This document shows, in pieces, positions 39,201 to 51,100 of a DNA stretch of 64,000 nucleotides. The notes beneath the pieces were generated by a model that saw nothing but the letters and a program-made list of their open reading frames with translations, searched no databases and had not been told where the DNA came from. The position numbers were made by a program, and so were the translations under genes. The stretch comes from Asterias rubens (lineage: Eukaryota), in NCBI RefSeq assembly GCF_902459465.1, contig NC_047074.1:14012001-14076000 (forward strand). The letters run 5' to 3'. Position 1 is the first letter of the stretch. Every line of letters begins with the position of its first letter.

Positions 39201-40250
39201 GTTTTGTTGGTTTCTGTATTTGTTTGTCCATTTCTCTTGTTTCTGTCTGTCCATGGGCTGATTTCTACAAGCCTCGGCTTATCAAATCAGCCTCCATACT
39301 GTCCTTGTTTGTCTGTTTGTCTTGTGGCTGTTTGTCTGTTTGCCTTGTATCTGTTTGTGATCAGTCCACAGGCTGTAGAAAATTTGCAAAGATTTTAAAT
39401 TCCTTCTACAATTACTCATGTAACGTTCATAACACCAGGGGTCGATTTCACAAAGAGTTAGGACTCGTCTTGTCTCGAGTTAGGACGAGTAACTCGTCCT
39501 AAATTAGGATTAATTTTAAGGTCTGCATACTGCAGTGTTGGGACTCGTCCTAAGCCCTAAGATTAGTCTGAAGTTAAGAAGAGTTTTGTGAAATCGACGG
39601 CAGGTCTCTGATTTGTACCAACCTAAAAAACAAAAGTTCTCCAAGGTATGGAACTTTTGAATTCATTCACACTCCTGAATCTTCAAGTCTGGGTCATCTT
39701 TTTGACATTCATTTTTACTTTCATCTTTGTTAGACCGAGACAAGGTAGACCTCCTACTGCTGGTAGTAGGAAGTCAGACACTGATATGTCCAACACATAT
39801 GGAACCAGTATGTGGGGATCATCCAAAGGTAGGATAAGCATTTTCAATAAAAAAAACATTGATTATCAAAACTATTCAGGTGGGCGGATTGCAGAGTGGC
39901 GTCTTTTCCCGCCTTCACCTTTAGGACCCCTAAAAGTCAGTTCCTACGTGAGTGCGTGGGTTTTTCCTCCCACATCTAAAAATGAACAGCCAATAGTCTG
40001 TTTTATTGTCACACATGTATACACATACACATTCGCTCTTTGTCTTCTCTCCATTAGGTCTTGGCTAGTACAGTGATTAACTTTGTTTTCCTGAGAATCC
40101 TTGGTGTCATAACCAAAAGAAACATATAAAAGCAAATAAATGGAATTTTTTTCTTTTTCTTCAGGTCATGCAGAATCAGGAACAGCGAAAAGTTCTCTCG
40201 TCTCCGTCACGGATCTTGACGATGATGACTTTGACCTCAGTGATCTTTGA
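19754..40250 (+). CDS. DZIP1: DAZ-interacting zinc finger protein 1 (Iguana; probable single DZIP1/DZIP1L ortholog): join(19754..19925,20728..20897,21315..21518,22023..22244,22888..22980,23649..23754,24414..24529,25494..25694,26630..26698,30397..30496,31022..31096,33274..33357,35387..35466,35935..36151,36614..36884,37712..38075,38720..38884,39038..39153,39734..39828,40165..40250); 3006 nt, 1001 aa
   Basis: Dzip-like N-terminal domain (FTFQTRHDRIDWRKMASVDVDRV...LQDVIMNVTFC...DPNFVKLFQLSQLIAEYLLHSQNYL), C2H2 finger CPYCSKAFVHSAYLQSHVQRKH, coiled coils, KPVGGV motif and terminal KSSLVSVTD. All 19 introns are GT-AG and the phases close to an open frame. The low-complexity middle exons are less certain. 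Confidence 0.93.
20104..20478. mobile_element. MITE family A, copy 2 (DZIP1 intron)
   Basis: Same TIRs and body as 1104-1488, flanked by TTAA on both sides. Confidence 0.8.
23262..23686 (+). repeat. 111-bp tandem repeat (3 copies + real exon start) containing the splice acceptor and first ~38 nt of DZIP1 coding exon 6
   Basis: TCTTTGTCTTCAG|G[CT]GGACA[AT]GGAGCGGAT[TG]AAAGACATGTTCATGA recurs with exon-like starts at 23324, 23435, 23546 and 23649. Confidence 0.95.
23712..23996 (+). repeat. 95-bp tandem repeat x3 containing the last 43 nt and donor of DZIP1 coding exon 6
   Basis: TCTAACTCCCAATCAGCTCTTGACAGTATGCAGTCAAAGTATG|GTGAGT... identical units start at 23712, 23807 and 23902. Confidence 0.95.
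24953..25106. mobile_element. CAGGCCTG-bounded ~155-bp repeat family (other copies near 13985-14130, 42650-42785 and 49576-49751 reversed)
   Basis: Shared body GGTCATTGCCTTGGT.CCC.TTGAAATGCT.CAGTAGAAATTTACAA...GCCCTTTACCAAGGAGAAAATGC; ends CAGGCCTG. Confidence 0.7.
25170..25460 (-). mobile_element. tRNA-derived SINE-like element (reverse)
   Basis: Reverse B-box GGGATTCGAACCC at about 25378 followed by CACACTCTGCTGATC. Related fragments at 721-777, 2430-2560, 9470-9650, 28745-28850, 36925-37110 and 38330-38600. Confidence 0.6.
26781..26870. repeat. Inverted pair of the GTCGAAACGTCAGGC repeat (variant minimal hammerhead-like unit)
   Basis: AAAAATGGTTAATGGCCTGACGTTTCGACCCT...AGGGTCGAAACGTCAGGCCATTAACCATTTTT. 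The same unit occurs at 18153-18192, 21624-21658, 21702-21740, 27261-27325 and 63255-63290. Confidence 0.7.
31151..31332. mobile_element. MITE (AAGC..GTTCATACTTCCTG TIR family); second copy at 59552-59730
   Basis: TAAAGCACAGTTCATACTTCCTG / CAGGATGTGTGAACTGGGCTTTA. The copy at 59552-59730 has AAGCCTGGTTCATACTTC / GAAGTATGAACCAAGCTT. Confidence 0.65.
32395..32940. repeat. 108-bp minisatellite x5 in a DZIP1 intron
   Basis: CTGTGTGGATGCATTCACCACATG... unit starts at 32395, 32503, 32611, 32719 and 32827. Confidence 0.95.
37268..37643. mobile_element. MITE family A, copy 3 (opposite orientation, DZIP1 intron)
   Basis: GGACACTATTGGTAA...TTACCAATAGTGTCCACTGCCT-TTAA; body is the reverse of copy 1. 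Confidence 0.75.
39436..39603. mobile_element. PIF/Harbinger-like MITE with CAG target-site duplication
   Basis: CAG|GGGTCGATTTCACAAAGAG...AGTTTTGTGAAATCGACGG|CAG. Confidence 0.7.
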
Positions 40251-40334
40251 CCTTCCTGATCCAATTACCTCATATCAATCAGTCTTTTTTTGCAGTCGTG
40301 TTTCATCCGTCCGTGATACAGTGACAATATTCAT

Positions 40335-40698
40335 TTAACGGCACTGTGGACACTATTGGTAATTACTCAAAATAATTGTTAGCATAGGTAACACGCAAAA
40401 TGGGAGCTGTTGATAGTATCAAACATTGTGAGAAACAGCTCCCTCTGGAAGTAACATAGTTTTTGAGAAAGAGATTGCTTACTCAAATAATAAAAGACTT
40501 CAGCTGGCGCCTTGTATTATGCATCTGAAAGCACACAAAGTAAAGCAACATGGGTGTTTTTGCATTCATTATTCTCTTGCAACTTCGATGACCAATTGAG
40601 TCCAACTTTCACAGGTTTGTTATTTCATGCATATGTTGGGATACACTAAATGAGTGTACTGGTCTTTGACAATTACCAAACGTGTTCAGTGCCTTCAA
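40335..40698. mobile_element. MITE family A, diverged copy just 3' of the DZIP1 stop
   Basis: TGGACACTATTGGTAATTACTCAAAAT...TTTGACAATTACCAAACGTGTTCAGTGCCT. Confidence 0.7.
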
Positions 40699-43600
40699 AA
40701 TTTCAAAAAGGTTTACATTTTCAATAATCATAATATTTGTACAAACTGTGCTATTTATAATTTCATTGTTGATTCAGAGAATGACAGTCTCTGCTGTTGG
40801 TGCACTTATACTCAATCATTTTTCCGGTAATTAGTTCGGATCTTGTTGCGGTCACTGTAGCAGGTTCACCTCATAGCATGTATTTTTGTATTCAAAAATT
40901 ACGCAAACTTTGCTCATATAAAAGATTACAGGGCGCCAAAGGCACAATATGGGTAACTGAGGCTGAAATGTGAGAACTTTGCACTGGACGCCATTTGAGG
41001 AAGCAACTCTTTTGATGCAACAAAAGATCAGTGCAGCCAATGACCATTGATATCAATTATATAACAAATCATTTGCTTACTGGAATGTTGACCATAAATA
41101 ATTTCAAGTTCCAACAATTGATTGAGCTTTTGTATAAGGGTCAAACCAAAATGAATATTCTTTATCCCTGATGCAAATTTAACATCTATAAGATTGATCT
41201 TCAGTTGACCATCTTGCATTTGGCATTCTATAATCTTTGATCAACACATTCATTACTTGTATTCAAATATTAAATTCTTACTTTAATTCAATTCTGTATA
41301 TAAAATACTCCCAAGTAAATTCTGATGCCAAATTTAAATAGCTTCCTTTGTTGTTTGCACTGAAATTGAAATTTTTTGAATCTAGCTTTTGAAGAGATTG
41401 TCTTCGTCAAAAAAAGGTTAATGGATAAATGATGTTTACTTTCAAAGCATCATCAGATTAGTACGTACTGAACTTTGAAATGTTTTTTTTACCTGTTTAT
41501 AAACCCATAAAGTGTGCTACAGAAATTAAGGTAGGGATCACAAATTATTGTGATGTTGTCATCAAGGCCCAATTCTCATTGAGCTGTTTAGCAGACAATA
41601 TTGCTTAACAATTTCCTGCTTACCGAAAATGAGCTGGATACCCGTCACAAATATTATACGTGACATGGTTTTTTGTGGGGTAACCATTAATCTGGTAACT
41701 GTAATTACGTTGTGCATAGATGAATGTGGTCAATACGCTGAGTGCAGAGAGGTTGACCATTTGAAGACTAAACTTGAGTGCGGTTTGAAGACTGCTGTGT
41801 GTTTTGAGGAATTACCCCCAGCTTGATGAGCATCCCAACTATAGTTGGGCATTTCCCAACTATGGTTAGGGCTAGCCCAACTATAGCTGTGGCTCACCCA
41901 ACTTCTTTGTATTCTAATTGGGAAAACCCATTTATAGTTGGGGCAGTTACTCAAGTTAGGAAATTGTTAAACATAAAACATTTTTCTGTCAGTAGATAAA
42001 AACGTTTACAATCAGACAAAAGTGCTTCCCATTAAGAAAAACAAAAACAAAGTTAAAACCGCGACAGGCGTACTTGCCTATAGATACTTAAAGCGACTCA
42101 CATGTAATTATAATGTACTTATCAAGCTTAAGTCATGTCAATTTATGCCTTCAGCAGTGGCTATGGCTTCAATGTTGTCATTGTAGCAAATGAACATAGC
42201 CGCAGCCAGAGTCACTTGACTCAGACTCAGCATCAGATATTGCACTCCTATAGCTATAGATCTATTTTGATACAATTTTGTTGTTGAAAGCTATGTGGAA
42301 TTTTGTACTTGCGTGTAAAGAGGATTAGTGGATTGTATTGCAAAATTAAATAATTTGTACGAACAGGGGTTGCCCTACCCTCCCAGTTATTCTTTTAACA
42401 GTGTTAAGGAAGAAGACTTCATTTTTGTTTTGTCAAAACACAGGAGTAGAGCTCTAAAAGTTTTAAAAACAACTTGTTGTATTATAGCTCCTAGAATATA
42501 ACGGTAAACTAGAGATTGGAACAAATACTCAAGTGTTGTTCATTCATTTTTAAAAGTCACAAGGGATATGTCCCATGCCAAATGGTTTCGATCAAAGTTT
42601 TGTTTAGACCAACCAACAAACGAACATTTTCCAAACCTGTTGCTTCAAGGAGGCAACAAACGTGCCTCAATTGCCCCTGTCATTGCCTTGGTGCGCCTCA
42701 AAATGCTCAAATAGTTATAATTTCATCATAGAGGTGCGCTTTACAGTGGGGAAAATGTCTTAGTGCCCTTGCCCTTTCAAAAAGGCAGATTAACTGCTTA
42801 TTTTTGTATTATGTTTAATAACCCAAGAAATTCATTGTTAATACACCCACTCGTCGATAAGGATGTATACTTTTTGATTTTGTTTGTGGCCAAGCTTGAA
42901 ATTTGTTTAATAGAGCTTGTTTGTAATGAGTCACTTACTCAATTTCTTACCTTTCTTTTGTGTTCCGTGAAACTATTTGTTTTGCTGCCAGCTTTGTATT
43001 GTTTTTTTTTTATTAATCATCCAGCCATTTTGTTTCCATCCAAGCTTATCATTTAATTCAGTTCAAGTTGTAAATATAATTTATTTATTGGTATAAATGG
43101 TAATATAATTTGTGCTGAACTGAACAAGTTTAAGCCCCTTGTACATTATTTTAATCTGCCTATGCTTGTTTGAAATATTTTGGACAAGATTTCCCAAACC
43201 GAGCCCCCTCCTAAAAATTATATTTAGTTTAGATTGTAATTTATATTCATTACAAATAGTTGACTTAGATTTTTGTTTTTCATTGCAAACTTGTGAAGGA
43301 TGATTAATGATTGATTGATTCAGATTTTCTGGGGTGAATTATTCAAGGGTTTGCGTCCATAATGAGGATAAGGCAGAAAGTTGTGTTTTTTATCTTATCT
43401 TAAAGACTGTCAAATGATTAGTTACTTAAACTTTAATTCTCACTGGACACTATAATTCAAGAATTCAAAAACTTTAGTTGAATCAGAAATAAATTTAATC
43501 TCTTCTTGCCCAGTTTTATATTAATTAAATAATTTCAGTCTATGTTTCAATCTTCACATTATTTCGGATATTCAACTTTATACCTGGGTAAATTTTTATA

Positions 43601-44229
43601 GAGCTGCTTAAGAGGAAAATATTGCTAACTGATTTCTGCCAAGCAAATAATAAGCACAACACCAGTCATAGAGATTGTGTTTGAGCTGGTAACCCTAATC
43701 TGGTAAGCAGAAATGAGACCTGTGTCAGGCTTTTTGTGAGCAAACCATTCAAATGGAAAAGTTTGAGCTTGGTAAACTTTTGTGTGATTTCAGCATTGAT
43801 GTTGATGCGAAAAATTCTCCAAATGCAATTGAAAGGGTTGTATTCTTAATAAAAAAATATAATAAGTTAATAACTGAACTACGTCCTTGTTTTTACTTGT
43901 TGGTGGTTGCTTGTTTGTATGTCTGTTTGTTTGTATGGCTAGATGATCTTCCCATCAAGGGACTGGCAAACTCCCACGAGGGGATATAAACACCAAGCTG
44001 GCAACAGCCAATCTCTTGAAGAATTGTGATTCTGTATACCGGTAAATAACATTTTATAACAAAATATTTAGTTTGAATGATTTTTGTTAAATTTAACATG
44101 CTATAAACATTTAAGGTAACACAATTCAATTATAAAACTTTTTGCGCATGAAAAACTTTCCATATCAAGTTAGTGTGTTTGCTCAATACCTGATAAAATT
44201 ACAAGAAACCACACAAACAACTTTTTTTT

Positions 44230-44417
44230 AAATACAAGCGCGCCCTCTATTGATTTATTTTATTTTAAACTGACACCACCTGATCAACGCATGTATTGTG
44301 TACAGTTTTGAGTCTGGGTACCATACTGTATTCAAAGTACGGCGGTTTTTATAAATTTAAATACTCCGAATAGTGTTCAAAAAGTTGCAATTCTATCGGA
44401 ATTTGTAGAACATTGAG
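44230..44417 (+). promoter_or_regulatory. Candidate CEP295 promoter / non-coding first exon
   Basis: CTCF-like GCGCGCCCTCTATTG near 44238 and a strong donor GAG|GTAAGT at 44418. Acceptors at 45103 and 45109 lie upstream of the ATG. Confidence 0.35.
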
Positions 44418-45142
44418 GTAAGTGTTTTGTACAAAGAATACTTGTGAGATCCATTGCAATCAAAATATGACATTATGGACTACGTGAATGTAGTAGTAGT
44501 AATGATTTTTTGATCTGTGTCTTTTTTTTGCGACGTCGCCGCTTGAAATCGTATTGCATCAACACCGTGAGAATAATATTTGATTTGTTTACTTTCCTAA
44601 ATTACAGAACAATGATCATGAATCATTTGTGTCATGCCAACCGTAGGAATAACATGCTGTTGCCTATGGTTTTCCACTTACACTTGGAACCCACAGTACT
44701 ACTTTATGACTATCTATGAGTCCTTTTTAACAAAATTGTGAAAACATTCCAACCAAACAAAAGACTAAGTTTTTTAATTAATTAATTTACTATAAAAATA
44801 CTACTAAAAAAAAACGTATACGATTTAACAAAGAAATTTTGATAAACTTAACAATTCATAAAAACTATTGAATCAAACGTTTTGTAAAAAATAATTATTT
44901 AAGGTACTTATAATAAGCCAAATGCAATACAATTACAATGCTGAGGTTTGAAATTGACTGTGGTTTCACAAGATTCAGACTAGTACAAGTACTTTTTAAA
45001 AAAAGTATCAAGATTTTTGTTTGTATTATTTCTGAAAGAGAAGTTTGTATCCATGATCCCCATTGATTCTTTAGTTCAGGGATTTTATATATTTTGAATC
45101 CAGATGTAGGTCAACTTGAAGCTCTCGACAAAAGTGAACACC

Positions 45143-45156
45143 GTAACCATGGCAAC
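45143..45156. promoter_or_regulatory. RFX X-box consensus overlapping the CEP295 start codon
   Basis: GTAACCATGGCAAC fits GTNRCC-N2-RGYAAC; its central ATG is the CEP295 start (45149). Confidence 0.45.
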
Positions 45157-48100
45157 TTCAAGGACCAGTTCAATAAAGACAAATTATCGTTTGAGTCCCA
45201 ACGAGGAAGCCGCACTCATCAAAGAAGAGAAAGCAAAGAGACGTAAACTACGCATTCAGCAGGTACAGAGGAAATGTATTTACTTTTTGCCTTTGGTCCC
45301 CGCAGACTTTTTGTTGGGTTGGAGAGCGGCATCGGAAAGCGCCCGTTGTTATGATATTATCATTGGCCGTCAATATGATGATTGTCATGATGATAAGAGA
45401 ACTTATGTCAGCGTTCAGCGCTGCAGTTGAAGTTGTGTTCTGTTGGTTACTTTTAAATGGCAGGGTGGTAATTATTTTGGCAGGGTGGTTTAAGGTTTAG
45501 GAGCGCGGCCTGCCCTCCAAAAAACCCACCTGTGGAGGACACTGATAATGCTCATGAAAGGGAAACAATTGTTTATGTATTAGCAGATCAGTGCTTGTTG
45601 TGATAATTGCAACCCTCCATGCTCCCGATGGTTGCAGACCGATTGACTTTGATTTTGAAGCATAGCACACAATAGCCCTACACTGTATGCAATTTTGACC
45701 ACAATTTAGATTCTGGTAATCAACCTGACTCTTCTATGTCTTAACTTTTTCAAGACAGCAATAAATGTACAACTTTCATCTGGTAAAAATATAATGGTTT
45801 TACGTTGTGTGTGTTTTTTGTCGAAACAACAGGTACGTGAACAAGAGCGAAACTTCGCCTCTAAGATCCGAAGTAGCGTCAGCAAGAAGAAAGAAGAGGA
45901 ACTTCAGAATCTTGCTGCTCATCTGAAGCAGACTTGGGAACGGGAGCATAAGGAGAAGTCTGATGCTCTCCAGAGGGTATATGAGAGGAGTCTTGGTAGC
46001 GTCGGAGATGGACACAGGGCTGCAAGTATCCAGGTATTTCTATTTCTGTTTCCAAACTGGTACTCGTTGAAAGCCTGTTCATCAACTTCATGAGGATGAG
46101 TTGTGGTTTGTTAACTAGTGGACACTTGTGCATGGTGCTAGATAAATATGTTGCGCAAGTAAAAAGCTTGTATCGTAAACTTGGCTGCGATTCCTGGCCA
46201 CATACATGACAGCTTATGGTTTCTGACTGGCACCCCCGAACAGTTAACTAAAAGGTAGACTGCCAACATAGGGCTGGATAACTCAGTTGGTAGGTACAGC
46301 ACTGGTACTTGAATCCAGAGGTAGTTGGTTGAAGTATTGCTCTAGTAAATTTGTCTTTGTTAAAACCCAAACTAGGTAAAGCTAAACTAAACTAACTAAA
46401 AATTCTAAACTCATAAACAATCATTCTCCTGAAGACAATCAGAGCATACTGGTTGAAACGTTGAGTTATCAACTACCGGTTCTTTTCAGAACCAACACTA
46501 CTCAAAAGAGATTTACACACGGTGCTACCACAAACCAAACCTAACATAATATTTTTGTTTTGCTTATCTTCAGCCTCCGCTAACGGAGATCAGAGCAGCT
46601 CAGTCTGTCAAGGACAATCATGCAGCCAAACAACGCTACAGCACAGCCTTGAAGAAACATCAAGAAAACAAGGAGGCACAATATGAGAAAGACTTTGCTA
46701 CCATCATAGCACGGAAATCTGCGTTACAGATTGAGAAAGTTCGAGCTGCAAAGATTGCTAGTTTACCTCCACCTGTAAAGGTATGAAACTTAAACCATTG
46801 GTAACTTGAGGCAATGCTGTAACTTTCAAATTTGGTGTTATCCTTGAAAAAGTTCTTTAAAAACTCTTAGCGAGAAAGAATGATCTTTGTTTTTTAAATA
46901 GTTTAAACCGTTGTTGTCTTTGTGTGTAGTTGTTTGTTGACCTTACACACAGCACACACACAAATTTTCCAACACTTTGGTATTGCTTAAATAACTGCTG
47001 TTACTTTCAAATTTGTTTAAATCCTTGAAAAAAAACTTTCAAATTTCTTGGCGAGCTAGAAGAATCTTCACTATTTCTAAATAATTGAAACCTTTGCTGT
47101 CTTTGTACTTTTTATTTCTTATTATGTAATTTTATGTCGACCTTAAACAACAAACAAGCAACTTTCTCAACTTTGACTCTTGATAACTTTAATAACTGCA
47201 GTACCTTTAAATTTTTCTAAATTTCTGAAAACTCTTTAAAAACCCTTTACAACGATTTATATATATTTTTTTCCATTTCAAACCTTGTCTGTCTTATTTG
47301 CACCTTTTATTTCTTTATGTGTAAATGTTTGTTGAACTCAAACAACAAACTTTTCTAAATTCTTGCACATTTTCACGGACAGTTTAATATTTTTGATAAT
47401 TTCAGGACCCACTAGATGAACTTGACGATCTTGGAAAGGAGAATAAAGTTGTGACTGTAATTAGTGGTTTCAGTACGAGTCACTATCATCTGCAAGGAGA
47501 ATATGTGGAGAGAGCTGAGCCGTATGAGCAGGTGATAAAAATTATCTCTTGGAAAATGAGTACATCACAACAGTGAACTATGAGCCTAATTCATCTTAGC
47601 CAGTGATTATCATAATGATCTGAAACAAATGTTTGAACTACATTTGTCTTGATCCCATTTTAGATACCCACCTTGTAAAACACTTAGACGGAAGCTATCC
47701 TTTATTCCAGTGGTAACAAAAATTGTTGATGCTCGGTTCATGGTTCTGTCCAGTTCTCCAGTGCTCCTATAATTTTGTTGATTCATTCCATGTCCTTGTT
47801 TTGTTTTCATTCATGTACTTAATTTTGACAATGATGTTTTATACTTATTGTGGTGTTGTCCTAGTTGGTATTTTTAAAACTGTTTTTATTATGGAGCTGC
47901 CTAATCTATTGTAATTGTCTAACCTAGGATAAAGAAGGTTTCTTGATTTGAATCGAATTCAACCTTAGAGACCCTCTTTAAAAGGAGACATTTATCTTGA
48001 CTGCTTCCTAGGAGGATGCTCGTTTGGCTGCACAGGAGGAGAGTAGAAGAGTCAAGGAGGAAAACGAAGATGCGGCCAGAGAAGTTAAAGAGAGACACGA

Positions 48101-51100
48101 GAAAGCCCATCTTAGACATCACCACGCCAGGAAGCAAGAACTCTTACATCAAGATTATAATAAACTCATGGAGGAACTTGGTCATCTTGAGCAGGCGGAT
48201 AGAAGACGGAGACAGGCGATCGTTGCTAACATTCCTGTAAGTAATCTCTGAAGATGGTATTTTCCTAAAAGTTTAATAATTTTGTTGTGCTAAGCTACTT
48301 TTTGTGCTGAAGCACCTTTATGAAATTGGAACCAGGGGCAGAAAATACTGCTGCACAAGTTTTGTTTGTTAAGCAAAAAGTTAGTTGGCCATCAGTTGCA
48401 ACAATGTACACTTTGTAAAATTTTGGCTGGTAACCAGTTTCTGATAAGCAAGAGTTTTCTGTGCTTAGCAAGTTTTTGCAGGGATGTGAACATAGCAGAC
48501 TTTTACCTGAATGACAAGTAATAAACTACAAGGGAAACTGACTGGTGTTTACATTTTGCTTTTGACTGGCACCGCTTAATACAAAATATTGACAACATAT
48601 AGTGAGACCACCAATATTCGGGGCTAGATAGCTCAGTTTGTAGAGTGTTGGCATGTTAACCCACAGGTGCAAATCCTGGTCCAGTCAATTTTTCTTTGTT
48701 TATATATCCCAAATAACCTTTTTTTTAAAATTAAGAATTAAGGGTTAAGAGTTCAAACTTTTTTAAGCTGCCTGGTGAAAAAAAATCTTGCAGTAGTTTA
48801 CTCTTAAGCAGAACTTCATTTTGACCGCTGGAATAATGATGTCATCCACTTTATTTTGTCTTGTTAGCATCAAGTGTTTCAGCCACCGCACAAACGTCTT
48901 GAAGATAAACTAGATGAGCAACAGAAACTGGAGCAGGCATTTGAAGACATGTACATGGCCAATACTGGTATGCTTGACTGGTTTTTTTTTCATTTTAGAT
49001 GTCAGCTTTTAAAGCATTCTTGACATAATTTTTTTTTACAGCCCTGTAGAGTTGCAGAGCTTCCAGTTATCCCAATTCTACTGAATACTCCCTTGAAACA
49101 AATCAAATTTTAAATGTGCCGATGAACAAGTTTGAAATAATTCTTTCTGAATATGGATACTTGTTTGCTACTTTGTTGAATGTACTTCTAAACATCTCCA
49201 TGATTTCGTGCATCACCAATCTAATCCGCCTCCACAGTACTTAAGCAGCATAAGAGCTTTCTCCAGAAGACGATCAGAGCATAGTGATCGAAACGGTTAT
49301 TTTCAGAACCACCCCAACTCATCAGGGATAGTCATTACATGGTGTTTCTGCACACCTTTCCATATCGTGTTTCCACCATGCAAAATTCAAATCCTACTTA
49401 TCCCCATGATTAGTATTAGTAGGATTTGAAACTTTGCATAGTGGGATTACAACCAGGTTAGGTTTGTGGTAGTGCCATGTTTAAATACCCTTTGAGCAGT
49501 TTGGTTCTGAAAAGAACAGGTGGTTGACAACTCAACATTGCGATCAGTATGCTCTGATTTATCTTTATCCTCCTGCAGGCCTGTATGCTTCATTTTTAAA
49601 AGGGCAAGGGCACCAAGGCGTTTTCTCCTTGGTAAAGGGCACCCTATGAGGAATCTGTAAATTTCTACTGGAGCATTTCAAGGGCACATAGTCAATGACC
49701 AAGGCGCATGGAGGCAATCGCCTTCATTGCCTCCGTGAAGTATCAGGCCTGACTCCTGCATGAAGACGATCAAATTATACTGATTGAAACGTTGAGCTGT
49801 CAACCATCAATTCTTCTTAGAGCCAACACTTCTCCAAACAGATCTACACATAGTGCTGACCCAAACCTCACCTGATCTCCCTGATTGCTGAACAACATTT
49901 CCCTGATTGCAAGAATACAAATGTTGGCAGCTCTGGAGAGGCATTAGAAAGTTTGCTCTTCAAATAATGTTTTGTTATTCCATCTACAGATTACACCGGA
50001 GACTTGGTTCTTGCCCTCGAGCCTAAACCTAAAGGTGATGCTGATCTAGACGTAACTATGGATTCAGTCACTGATGATGTTGGTATCTCACTCCAACCGC
50101 TTCCTCCTGAGATGAGTGAAGATGCAGAGGCAAGGTTGCCAACACGTAAGGATGAGGAGACAAGGTTGCCAAGACAGATAGATGAAGAAGCAAGGTTGTC
50201 GAGACGGATAGATGAGGAGGAAAGGTTGCTGAGGAGGATAGATGAAGAGGCAAGGTTGCCAAGACGGATAGATGATGAGGAAAGGTTGCCAAGACAGATA
50301 GATGAAGAGGCAAGGTTACCAAGACGAATTGATGAGGAGACAAGAATGCCAAGACAGGAAGATGAGGAGCCAAGGTTGCTGAGACAGATAGATGAGGAGG
50401 AAAGGTTGCCGAGACAGATAGATGAGGAGGCAAGGTTGCCAAGACGGATAAATGAAGAGGCAAGATTGCCGAGAGGAATAGATGAGGAGGAAAAGGAGCA
50501 GAAGAGAACACACATGGAAGATGAAAAACCGAGACAAACAAAAGGTTAGGAGAGATATTTAAATAGATCTAATTACCCTCACAATATGAGAATAATATCA
50601 AGAAATAAACCTCAACCAAACTGGTTCCATCTGTGACTAGTACAGTGCTTACTATTGCTAAGCAGAAAACTGTTAAGCACTACTTTCTGCTTTAAAGCAG
50701 CGCTATAAAATTTGGCCTGATTTGAACTGGGTCCAATTTCATGGAGCTGCCTAAAAGCAGAAATAAAATGCTTATAATTTTCTGCTATTAAGCAAATATG
50801 AGCGGTATCCAGTCAAGGATTATGCACCTATGTGGCATGGTGTTTTTGCTGGTAATCTTTATATTTTTATATTTTGATAAGCATAATTTTGTTTTGCTTA
50901 AATCTGTTTGGTCTAGATGATCAAAAGATTAAAACTGAACATCTTATCTTTTTGAGTAGCTCCCTTGAAGATGTTGATGAATCGAATTAAGTCTCAGCGA
51001 GAGGAGCTGAAGAAGAAGAAAGTCGTTCTGGAGATCCCGAGCCAAGAATCACTGCTCACAGAGGAAGCTAAATTTCAAGGCAGATCAAGACACTTACAAG

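Noticed and set aside
48621-48690. tRNA-like sequences (also near 46271, 24205 and 721)
   Set aside because: A/B-box-like motifs are present but the acceptor and anticodon stems are broken. They recur with shared tails, consistent with SINE heads.
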